The translations under genes were made by a program, and so were the position numbers. A DNA stretch of 64,000 nucleotides from Octopus sinensis (lineage: Eukaryota): the NCBI RefSeq assembly GCF_006345805.1, contig NW_021835990.1, positions 186,001 through 250,000 of the forward strand. Direction: 5' to 3'. Below are positions 49,148 to 59,769 of this stretch, one piece after another. The notes below the pieces were generated by a model that was not told the DNA's origin, ran no database searches, and worked only from the letters and a program-made list of their open reading frames with translations. The stretch's first letter is position 1. Each line of letters starts with the position of its first letter.

Positions 49148-49965
49148 TATATGAATTTATTAGTGATGCTTGCAACATGAAACCTCTATGCATGTAAATA
49201 TGATATTTAAGCAAAGAGCTAAGACACAACAACATATACCGGCAAAGAATCAAAATAAAATATCAGTTTATGTACTCTTATTCCATTTTTGGTAAATAAA
49301 GGACCTTAAAACTCCTTCGCCAAATGGGCCAGTTATTCTTTTATTTTTTAATTGAGAATTTGATTTAAAATATTTTGACAAGATATATGTGTTTCTAAAA
49401 GTCAGAATCCTGGATAATTTTAAATTTTATTTGTAATTTGAAAGTTTGATTTTACTCTTATTGAAGTGGAATGTTTTGGGATGTATTTAACCAATCTCCC
49501 TTTTACATAAATGTCTTTTTTTACTTTCAGCCTACTTTCTTTTGGCTCCCTAAATGATAACATACGTGTAATCGGTGGTTTCTTTCTTCATTCTCCTAGC
49601 TTTAAAAAAGTACTCAACATATAATTTTTTAATCCTTTTACTTCCAACCAAAATGTAGGTCATCAAATGTATAGTTTTCATGAAGAATATACTATATTAC
49701 ATTCATTTGAAGGAGCGTTTCAATTTTGTAGTTCATTATGTCCTCATCATCTTTTCCGCCCTATATCTTACATTCCCTCAATATTATCAGCTCCATAAGC
49801 TGATTTGACCTACAAATTAATTTTGACAATCCAACTCCATGTGTTATGGCCACTCTCATGTCAAAACAATTGTCAACCACCTCCTAAAATTGGCTAGAGA
49901 AACAACAGATCCACCAGATTTGCCGGAAGATGTGTCTCATGTGTCATATGAAGTGTTAGAGAATG

Positions 49966-50952
49966 CTAGGAATCAAATGCGATTAGTTTGGCGGAGAACA
50001 TTACGTGTCGAATTGTTTCTGGCAGTGTCCCTGATAGCATCCTGTTCATTAGTTTGGTGATAGCCAACACGAGCCGTACCCCAGAATTGCCCGTGTTACG
50101 ACCAATAAGATCTTTGAGGTGGCCCTGACGGAGCCCATCTAGTCCACCACTGCTGCTCGGGACAAAGGAGAGAATCCCATCTTTTACGTCTTCTTCGGAG
50201 ACAAGTAGATTGGGTAATTGTCCTGGGCAAGGAAGAATCCGATGGTCGTCTGGGGGACTTGGGTGACGTTCAACAAGTGATGCGTAGGACTGTTCAGACG
50301 GCTCAATTATACGGTGTTGGTCTGCCAGAGTCCTCACAGCAGCACGGATTCCACCTTCCAAAAGTTTTCGACGGATCGCACTTCGTAGTCTCTGAGTGTC
50401 AGAGATAGGCTTCTCATTTTGGGGTTTGTAGGTAGGCTTCTCTGAGTCTGCGAATAGGTTCCTTGAGATGAATGTGCGGACGTTCTCCTTTACTAATGAC
50501 GTAAGTAATTTCTCTTCTTTCCCCCTCCTATGGGGTATGCATAGTGTGAATGGGGCGAAGCAGAATAGTCGTAACCAATCTTCAGAGTCGTCCGAAGAAA
50601 CTACCTTTTCGATACACTCACATAGACAGTCCGCGACAGATATACGGGCAGCTTTGGGAATCCTGATCAGGAGTCTTCGTGTATGTGTCAGGCCTGATAT
50701 CAATTCAAGTATTCCCTGATGGTCTAGTGGGGCATGTTTGGAAGGGTAGCGTATAGGAGAGTTTGTCGCATTATCTGGTTGGAGACATGCCCGACAATGC
50801 CAATTAGAAATGAGCGCCAGGGCTCTTTTAGTCATTCCGGCACAGGACATGTGGAAGCCACACGAGCAGGCCGTGCAATAGATCATCCTCTTTTTTTTGT
50901 TCATCGTGTTGCATTTTTTGCAGATCTCATCTTCTTTTGCAGTTTCTTGCAT
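49966..50952 (-). mobile_element. 5' part of a CRE-clade non-LTR ORF with an N-terminal PHD finger
   Basis: CKKC...IYCTACSCGFHMSC...WHCRAC (C4HC3), RIPKAAR, RAAVRTL, LVERHP, SSGGLDGLRQGHLKDL homologous to ORF 57004..59133; 3' truncated. Confidence 0.85.
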
Positions 50953-51048
50953 TTACTTTTCCGATTTTTCCTTTTTTTCTCTTCTTTTTTCTTTTTCTTC
51001 ACACCACAACAGCGCGCGTGTGCAATGGCATCGCCCCTGCCTGTCAAT

Positions 51049-51365
51049 TGAATTAAGTTTTATAAATTTGTCAACAACAGCAAAAATATCTTGACCTCGT
51101 ACTCTTCCATCAGGATCGATACAAAAAAGAAAATCCTCAACGATCTTGTTTGCCTCGACAAAACGTACAAAAAAACCAAGTGACAAATCAAAGTTATATC
51201 AGTCGATTTATCAAACTGGATGCTTATCGGAGAAGAGCTGCAGTTAATACGATCAACAATCTGAGACAAGATATCACCAGACATATCATGAATTTTTCGA
51301 TAAACTATATCATTTGACAAAGGGACCTCTTTGAATCCGAATACAGAATCGGCGCCAAACAAAAT
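51049..51365 (-). pseudogene. Buster-type hAT transposase fragment
   Basis: VPLSNDIVYRKIHDMS, ISIQFDKSTDIT, EDFLFC, GQDIFAVVDKF. Confidence 0.8.
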
Positions 51366-51409
51366 TCAAGTTTATATAGATAAAACGACCCGGTTTGATG
51401 TAAACTTAT

Positions 51410-51700
51410 TCTAACGCCCGCTGATAAAAAATGTTTGTCGTCCGTCCTTCCACGACATATATGAATAAATTTTCTCTTCTGCCTACCCTTGAGCATCCCA
51501 CATACAGCTATTCATGTGAAAACCATTTGCACTCTTATAAACCTTTAATGACTGTCCCTGAGACTTGTTTTATTGTCATTGCAAAACTCATTTTTAAAGA
51601 AAATTGCAGCTTCAATCTAAACGGTAATTAATCAGAAATAATTGGCAGGATCTAAAATCACCTGCCAATACAACCATTACCCCCAAACAGCAGTTCGTTA
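51410..51700 (-). pseudogene. Helitron helicase fragment
   Basis: LQFSLKMSFAMTIKQ, FSHE*LYVGCSRVGRRENLFIY. Confidence 0.75.
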
Positions 51701-51714
51701 CAATTAATCTATTA

Positions 51715-52990
51715 TGCGAAACTGAAGATAGTACCCATTGTATTAACATGGGATGGGCTGGTTACTCAAAAATTTCTACAATATGTACGTTCGCTTAACA
51801 TCAGTGAGAGAACGTATGCATACATTCAATTACTCACTATAAAGAAGACCCTTGAGGTCACTGTTTGTTTCTTATAAAAACAGAGTTGAACCGTGGGAAA
51901 GAACGCTTGAACTGGACAAAAGAATAAACGATATTTATCACCAAATTAGTATGACTTCAACATCGCCCCTGCCTGTCAATACCTCGAAGGGAAAGAGGCT
52001 GGCTTGCCTACCTGAATCACTTTGGGAATAGAGAGTGTAGCGATCAGAAGGATAAGTTTAATTAATATCTGGATTTGATAATTTGTTTTTGGAAATTATT
52101 CCAAAATAAATTTAATATTAAATTTATTCTCAAAAGAAAACTCTTGCTTAACAGAATCAGCTGTAAATCAATACACTCGATAATGTTTAAATTTGAGGAG
52201 TCAAATATCGACGTATCTAGGTATTTGCAATGAATCTAAAAATGGAACGATGGTCCACGGGGCAAAGCATTGTACTGTCTTTTGCAAGATAGGAATTTGT
52301 TCTTTGCATACAAAGGATCACTCTGCGTCCATGATAAAAAAGCAAGCAGACTGTTGACCATATAGCCACGCGATGTGGTAGGATTCTAAAAACTGATTTC
52401 TCAAAGACATAATGAAGTTGTTAAGTGTGTCCATCTTCACTTATGTCGAAGTATGGAATTAAACAAAACAGGAAACTGAAAGGACATTTGGTTCTGTCGA
52501 TAACATCGACCCAAAATGTAGAAATCAGAGTTGACACGTTAATTATGACTGAAACGAAAGTCCAGTTCAATAAACATGACATTTTTGATTACGAAAAAAG
52601 AAATAAATTTAGTAATCAAAGTGGGCATTACCTCAAAAGATAGTTTAAAGAAAGTTAAAGTGGATAAATTTAACAAATACGACCTCTTTGCAGACAAACT
52701 GTCGATCCTCTTTAAAGCGAAAGTAAAGATTATTCTAATTGTCTCGAAATGGGATGGAGTTGCGGCAAAATTTTTTAAAATTCATAGGGATAAGTTATCC
52801 ATTAAAGTAGGAACTAGGACATAACCAGGCGGTTGTGCTGAAGAGGACGCTGGAGAGTATGCTCATTGAACAGACACGGACTGAAAGTAGACAATGAAGA
52901 GTACTCCTCTGCTGCCAATCAACTTGCGGAGGTGGCATGTCGCAAAGACACGCAGCTGAACAATTACTTTAAAGCAGAAATGGAAAATTA
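51715..52990 (+). mobile_element. Degraded R4-like RLE fragments (51715-51870 and 52130-52990)
   Basis: IVPIVLTWDGLVT...TIKKTLE; LYCLLQDRNLFF, STQNVEIRVDT, VGITSKDSLK, VVLKRTLES, homologous to 37930-39060. Confidence 0.8.
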
Positions 52991-53605
52991 AGGGAAGTTT
53001 GTGGAAAACTCTTCTTATTTATTAAAAAATCACTTATTTATTATTTATCCAAGCAAAGAAAAAAAATCACTGACGATTTGGATTCTTAATTAAATAATTT
53101 AAAATAGAATTTACATGATTAAGTCATAATAAAAAGTTTATGTAAAACTGGTCCGTTCAAAACCGGTGAAATGTGTAACCTTGAATGGCTTTTTCAACGG
53201 ATCGCGATATTACGTGAGGATTGCCTGTCAATCCGTGAGGAGTGCAACTAATTTAAATTAGAAACAGTTCTTTCATGCAAAAAAATATATGATAAAAACC
53301 TAAGATGTGTATTTTACTTTCATTTTTCCAATGCTTTTTAAATCTAACTGTTTATATATACTTGGAGGCTTTCTTTGATCTTTAGAAGGTCCATATTTTT
53401 TTGAAAAATGTAGACAACTCAGGAACGGACAAATGGAACAAAATGAAGTAAACTTTATAGTTATTTAATCTTGAAAGTAAATGCTCCTCTCAGGTTGTTG
53501 ATCATTTATTTAATTTAGAGAATAACCCCCGTAATAATCTCAGATGTGCCTATAACTTTTTGACGTAATCAGCAACACCACAAAGATTGAGCAATTTGTA
53601 TACAA

Positions 53606-55029
53606 TCAAATAAATTTAATACATTTGAATACATATAATTTTTTATATAAACGGCCAATACGCTTCCATCCATCACCCCGCTGTTTAATGGGGGATGAAT
53701 ATATTGACACATTCCTCACAACACGCGACAACACTCCAACATTCTTTGTCCCCTCACAACAAGAAGCACTCATAGACTTTGAAAACCTGACCAACATCCT
53801 CTCATTCTCCTTCTTACATTGCTTTCCCATAAAACAAATCACTAACCACATAATATTCTCGCCAATTCTGGTCCTCCTTCTTTCCGCGACTGGATCGAGT
53901 ATTAATTCTGGCACAATGATCTTTCCACAATGACTGTGTGTGACTCACAAACATCTACAAGTCACCAAAACACACAACAGGATTATAATACTCAATCCTC
54001 GCCAACTGCTCGGGAGTGCACTTTTCCAAGACGGGCCAGAACAACTGCAGAGGGACCAATCCGACGTGTTCTATCTATACAACACCGGCAATACGAATAC
54101 TGTTGATATTCCCTAACAAATGTTCCAGACACAGGGATTTTAAGGATGACACGTCTGTCCACATTATTTAATTCCTTACCCTTATTCACTCTTTTTTGTC
54201 CTGAAAACACCCGCGTTTTTGATGTTTTTTTTGAAAGTGACAAATCTTGGACTTGGCTTGTCCTCGAAGGCCTATCCAAAATCGAGTCCACGATCTACAC
54301 TCTCAGTCCTTCAACCACCTTATTCACTGCCTTCCGAGGGATCCGAGTCTTAGCCTCACTACACGTGCTCATTGCATCCTCGAAGGACAATTTCCCGCCA
54401 CTACTGAAACCTCCCTCGTACCGTCGCCGTTTTTCGACACTATTTGAAACCATTCCTTCCTGTGCTGGCTGTCTTTTGGCGGGAAATGCATTTTGGGGTG
54501 GAGACTCGGTCATCTCGGGAATAACACGGGCGATGGTATCTGAAATCACGACTTCCTTGGCGGGAATTGGCTGTTTTTTGGCGGGAAATGCATTTTGGGG
54601 TGAAGGCTCAGTCATCTCGGGAATAGCACGTGCGGAGATAAGTTGGCGGGCCTGTTGTAGTTTTCGTTCTCTGCTGCGTTTAATTCGTTGGAAATATATT
54701 TTGTTGAGGAATTTGGGCTTGTCGATGAGCACAGGGAGACCATCATTTTTGTTGATCAGATCAACGTTGGGGACAGTTGCCAGGATTAAGGTCTTCCAGT
54801 CTCTGATGAGAGCACGGGCCATAAAGCCCACCGAGCCAGGATGGTTTCGGAAGAGAGCGACCGTCCTTCCTATGCCTGACACTGCGATTGTACAAAACTC
54901 GATGTTTTTCATATTTTTGAGTTTATTTAAACAGTTTTTGATCTACTTTTATTTCTAAAAATATACTCGACTGGAGTCAGGGAAGTCATTTAAAATTCCT
55001 TTGACTACAAGAACCTCATCAAGTGACAT
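53606..55029 (-). CDS. ELOA: Elongin A (TFIIS-N/LW domain, BC box, Elongin A domain)
   Basis: Spliced model with 24-25 nt introns (54943-54966, 54295-54318, 54155-54179 and others) gives MSLDEVL...CLNKL..SGIGRTVALFR..ARALIRDWKTL, LSFEDAM, KTRVFSG, VSSLKSLCLEHL, HVGLVPLQLFWPVLEKCTPEQLARIE, LWKDHC, WREYY. Confidence 0.9.
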
Positions 55030-55892
55030 TAATATAATAATTTATAACTTTCCTTCCACATTAACATAATAAATCAAAAAAATACAAAAATCTGTTTAAT
55101 TAAAAAATAGTCCTTTCAACTGAGGGGTATAGTCTTGCTCATACCATTAATCTCCAACAAGGCCACACCCGGGATAAATGCTTGTTTAATTTTTGGTTGA
55201 TACAAACCCCAGGCCGTAGTGAAATGTCGTTTGGAGTGTGCTATTTTAGAGTTTCCATGTTCTTTTATTTTCTTACGTTTCGGGGAACAGATGGTCAGCT
55301 CGTGTTGTTACAGATCTCTTGAAGTTTTTGATACACAAGATTGAGTCTGGAGATAACAAGCGTGAGAAAGACATTTGTGCAAAAGAGGGACCTTCACCAC
55401 CTCAACCAAAAAACTTTTCTTTTTCCTCGTAAATCACGTTTTTAGGTTGGAAATAAACATCTTTGAACTAAAAGTAACAATAACGCAGAATTTATCAAAT
55501 CTATCACCTTGAAATAACCATTGGGCATTTTTTTCTGTCTCTAAAAAAGAGAAATGATGTCATCAGTAGCAGTCCATTGAACTTGTCGTATAAAGACATA
55601 ATACAGTCAATCCTTTGCGGAGATGTCCCTATGGACGCTGATGACTAATCAACCCCTAGAAGAATGGTCGAGGAGCATGTTAGCAATGAATATTGATGTG
55701 TGTTAGTTTGGGCATCACCGGTGAACAACATTCGTCCATATACTTTTCAGATGTATCCCTGTCTCAGTGAAGGAGATTTAATTATTTCCAGAGGCACCAA
55801 ATAATCGAAAATATCCCAATCGTATGATCAAATCGATTCAACTATATACCAAATATCCCAAGTGGCTAAAGATACGTGCGAGATTAAAGATA

Positions 55893-56120
55893 TCAATAAT
55901 TTATCGGAATTCGTGGAATATAAACATCCTCACCTCTATACTTACCTGTTAATATCGTCGCCTCTATTACGTTAGCCATCAAATTTTTGATAACTAACCT
56001 CGTTCCGTTGCATAATTTAGGTGGCGCAAGATTTCGTAATAAAACCACTGGAACGCCTATCTTTAACTTTAAAAGATGATTCGGCATTCGACATCTAAGA
56101 AGTTTAAAAATTCAATCCGG
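55893..56120 (-). pseudogene. Helitron helicase fragment
   Basis: MPNHLLKLKIGVPVVLLRNLAPPKLCNGTRLVIKNLMANVIEATILTG. Confidence 0.85.
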
Positions 56121-56659
56121 TTGAATTTTTAGAAAATAACAAAAAAAATAAAAAAAACAAATAAAAATAAATAATTTAAAAACAAAAAAATAAAAAAAAC
56201 TTTAAAAATTTGTAAAATAGTATAAACAAAAAAAATCTCTGCCGCCACGGCAACAACCTGTCTAATTTTTTTAACAGCCAATTAAGATAATGCTTAAGAG
56301 CCTTTATAGTCCGGAGATTTAGCTTAGTGACCTTGATTAGACAAACCACTGGCGGAAATGGGGCAGGCAGAAATGGGACAGGCGGAGATGCGGCAGGCAG
56401 AGTAGCAGCAGCCAAAAAAGCGACACACAAAAAAGATTTAATTAATTACCTTAAGCTGACCGTTTTTTCTTCAGCTTCGTTTTTCCTCCTTCGGTTATCT
56501 ATTTAAAAAATTATTTTTGAATAATAAAAAATATTAGGAAAAAAGAGGCATACAGAAAATAAATTCTATCTTTACGAAAAACTTCTTTTCTTAAGGTCGT
56601 CTTCCCTCCTTCGGTTATCTATTGAAAAAATTATTTTTGAATCTTTGTCTTACTCAACA

Positions 56660-59153
56660 TTTTTTTTTTTTTTTTTTTAATCATGAAAATATTATGCGAA
56701 TTGTGGAAATGTTAAGAAAATTAATTAAAAAAAATAAAATTTCTGATTTTTTTGATTTTTTTTTTGATTTTTTTTTTTAAATGACAAACTTATTGTTAAT
56801 AAACGAAAAGAGTTAAAATGCGCAGCGAATCGACTGGCAATTCCCGCGCATGATGGCCAATGAGATCCTTTGAAAGAGTCTGATCGACTCGTTGGGATCT
56901 TTCGTGGCAACCACGAGCTTAGATCCAAGGCGACGGAGAAACGATAGCGTCTGCGGACCGATGACTCCAGAGGTTTCCACCGCGACTGCAGCGAATAGGT
57001 GATTCATGGCCAGGACCCGGTACTTCTTCTGTTTGTTAGTTCCGCCTGCTTTGCAACTGAGCCCGGTTCCGCAGCGGAGGCAATTAGATTCTTGGCGGAG
57101 AAAGTGTCGGAGCAGGTGGCGTCCCAGATAAGGCATTTCCCTTTTTCAAACGGGAAGATTGTCATGCCATCCGGGCGCTTACCGTCGCCTCTGTCGAGCC
57201 CGACTGGTTCGAGCTCATTAGGAAACCCCGCCGTCGTTAGGGCACGGCTCACGGTGTCGTTGATGGCGGCGTGTCGTGGGAAACGTCCGGCACTACGTGA
57301 GCAGGAGAGGGGATGATGGCCATAAGGGTCCACTCTTAAACCGCAGCGGCACTGGTGTGTTTTGCAAATGGGAAGTCCGAGGCGGAGAGAGACGGAAATC
57401 CTTACACAGTCGTTGTCCATTAAGGTGCCGATTGACGCCATAGGGATTGCTGTAAGCCATGCACCGGAGTATGGTTGCGAGGCGGCCAATAAGCACGCCA
57501 AGCGATGTTGATTGAGTTTCGGCTTGAGACTGTTTATCTTGTGGTCGCAAAGGATCCGGTCCCATTGGCCTTGAGCGTGCGTATTCTCCGGGATTTCCAG
57601 AGACATCCCTTTCCAGCAACTTTCTGCGGCGACCGACTCTGTGTCCATAGATGATTCGGTTACGGATTGGAGAATCTCCTGGACCAGATCATTTGTCGCA
57701 TTAACTGAAGATAAGTACGCCGGGATAGAAAGGTCCACAGATGATCGGATACCAATACCGCCATGGCTTATAGGAAGGATGGCCTGTTGCCAACCGATCT
57801 CATCGAGGGTAATGTTGCAAATGGACTCCAAGCTGGATTTAAGCGAAAAATCAAATGATTCGAGAGCCCTCAGGTTAAAGAAACATGGGGCACTTCTGAG
57901 GATAAATAGAAGCTTTGGAATTGCAAAACAATTGCGTAGGAAAAACAGGCCGGAATGGGAATCGATTTTTGCTAGTTTGTTAGAAATTGCCACCAGCGAG
58001 GATGTTTTAGCATATAGGGATGATTCAACACCCAGATTAGATATAGGGGACCCTAAGATTTTCAAATTTTCAATCAAGGTCCTGCGGATATTTGGAAGGA
58101 CATTCGAGAACGTATTAAATACAGAGGTAAAATCTTCTGGGGTAAAGCCAATATTGGCAATTTCGGATTTGAGCGGATTGATGGATAGGCCAAGAGAATT
58201 AAGGGAGGGGATCAGATTTTCCAAATCTTTAAGGACAGAAGCTACCGGACCTCCGATAGTAGCGTCGTCCAAATACCATACATTGAAACGAGATGAGATG
58301 TTCCGAACAACAGGATCGATCGTCAGGGCAAAAAGCAACGGGCCAAGTGGGTCTCCCTGTTGAACACCGTTGCTGGAATGTAGGATTTGGTCATCGGCAA
58401 TAAGAAGGCTTGGCTTGGAGTAAGCCATAGATACCAAGCGGGCAATTGAGGGAGCACGGCGGTAGCAAGTTTCGAGAATACAGTCCCGACGAAGACTGTT
58501 GAAGGCATTTGTCAAGTCTAGCTTCACGAGTACAGAGGCGTTATCCGGCCTTTCGGACGAGGCGGAAATAAACTTTCTTGCGGCATGGACAGCAGCTTCA
58601 CAGCCGCCGCGGACACCGACGCCCAACTGAAACGGGCGTAGTTCCTGGCCCAAAGACTTGGTAACTTGTCTACAGGCTACTTTGGAAGCTAGACGGCGAA
58701 AAAATGTACCAACAGCAATAGGGCGGATCCCGCCTTCCTTCTTCCTCAATGCGGTGATGTTTGCAGAAAATAGGAGGTCCCGAGCGTACTCGGGGATTTG
58801 TGCCTGGATGATCATGTTTGTCAGAGCAGTTATGGAGACGAGGAGCCGAGCGCCGGCCTCGCAGGTGTGGCTTGAGAGTAGATCTTTCACATGCCCTGGG
58901 CGTAGTCCGTCGATGCCCCCGCAGCTGCCGGTTGCGAGGGAATTAATAGCATCTAGAACATCTTCTTTGGGGGCATAGGTTGCGGGGTAATCGGAGTTTA
59001 GAGTAGTAGAGCGAAGGTCCGCGGGGGGACTCGGATGTTTTGCATTAAGCTCAGCGAGGACACTTGGTGTAATGGAAAGAACTCTGTCATCAGATGATAA
59101 AACACGGACAGCGCTGGCAACATTTCCCTCCATCAGTTTAGTGTTGATCCTGT
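56660..59153 (-). mobile_element. CRE-clade non-LTR retrotransposon (RT + CCHC + RLE), 5'-truncated, with poly(A) tail
   Basis: RPIAVG, QLGVG, KLDLTNAFN, GVQQGDPLGP, YLDD, CRCG..GHH..SC, RHAAIND, KRPDG, WDATC. One frameshift near 57035, stop at 56813, T-run at 56660-56678. Confidence 0.92.
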
Positions 59154-59159
59154 GAATAA

Positions 59160-59765
59160 AGAAAACACGGACTTTCCCTGTTTTCAGGGAGATGCAAAAG
59201 CGTTAAAAATCCCAATCACAGCGGAAGAGGTGGAACTAGCGATAAATAAACTGAGGAACAACAAGAGTGCTGGGCCGGACAATTTCCCTGTTTTCAGGGA
59301 GATGCAAAAGCGTTAAAAATCCCAATCACAGCGGAAGAGGTGGAACTAGCGATAAATAAACTGAGGAACAAAAAGAGTGCTGGGCCGGACAACATAAGCC
59401 CCGAGCTCCTAAAATATGGGCCAAAAAAACTCAGCGACACAATTGCAAAATCCCTAAATGAAATTTTCGAAACTAATACCGATCTGGGACTTGGAAATGG
59501 ATTACTAATACCCATACAAAAACCGAACAAACCAAAAAAACCAGTAGAAAATCTCCGCCCGATAATACTCCTGAATTCGATACGCAAGGTGCTGGCAAAC
59601 GTCGCACTAAGGCGGATAAAGGGTGTGGCGGATCAATACCTATCACCGAGTCAAAGTAGGTTCCGAGATGGGAGGTCTACGGCAGACATTGTATGGAGCC
59701 ACAGATGGCGAAAATCCCGAGACAAAACAATCAGATGAAAATTGGATCCCCATTTCGAGACAACT
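59160..59765 (+). mobile_element. RTE-like RT N-terminal fragment with a 110-bp tandem duplication
   Basis: EVELAINKLRNKKSAGPDNISPELLK, LRPIILLN, QSRFRDGRST; duplication 59173-59282 / 59283-59392. Confidence 0.8.
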
Positions 59766-59769
59766 GTTA

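Noticed and set aside
55278-55312. 16S rRNA-like string GTCAGCTCGTGTTGT
   Set aside because: No extended rRNA similarity; it also reads RWSARV, the hAT TRWS motif, so a decayed transposase is more likely
54146-58978. Plus-strand ORFs 54146..54958, 57641..58363 and 58658..58978
   Set aside because: Antisense to ELOA and to the CRE reverse transcriptase; no recognisable motifs
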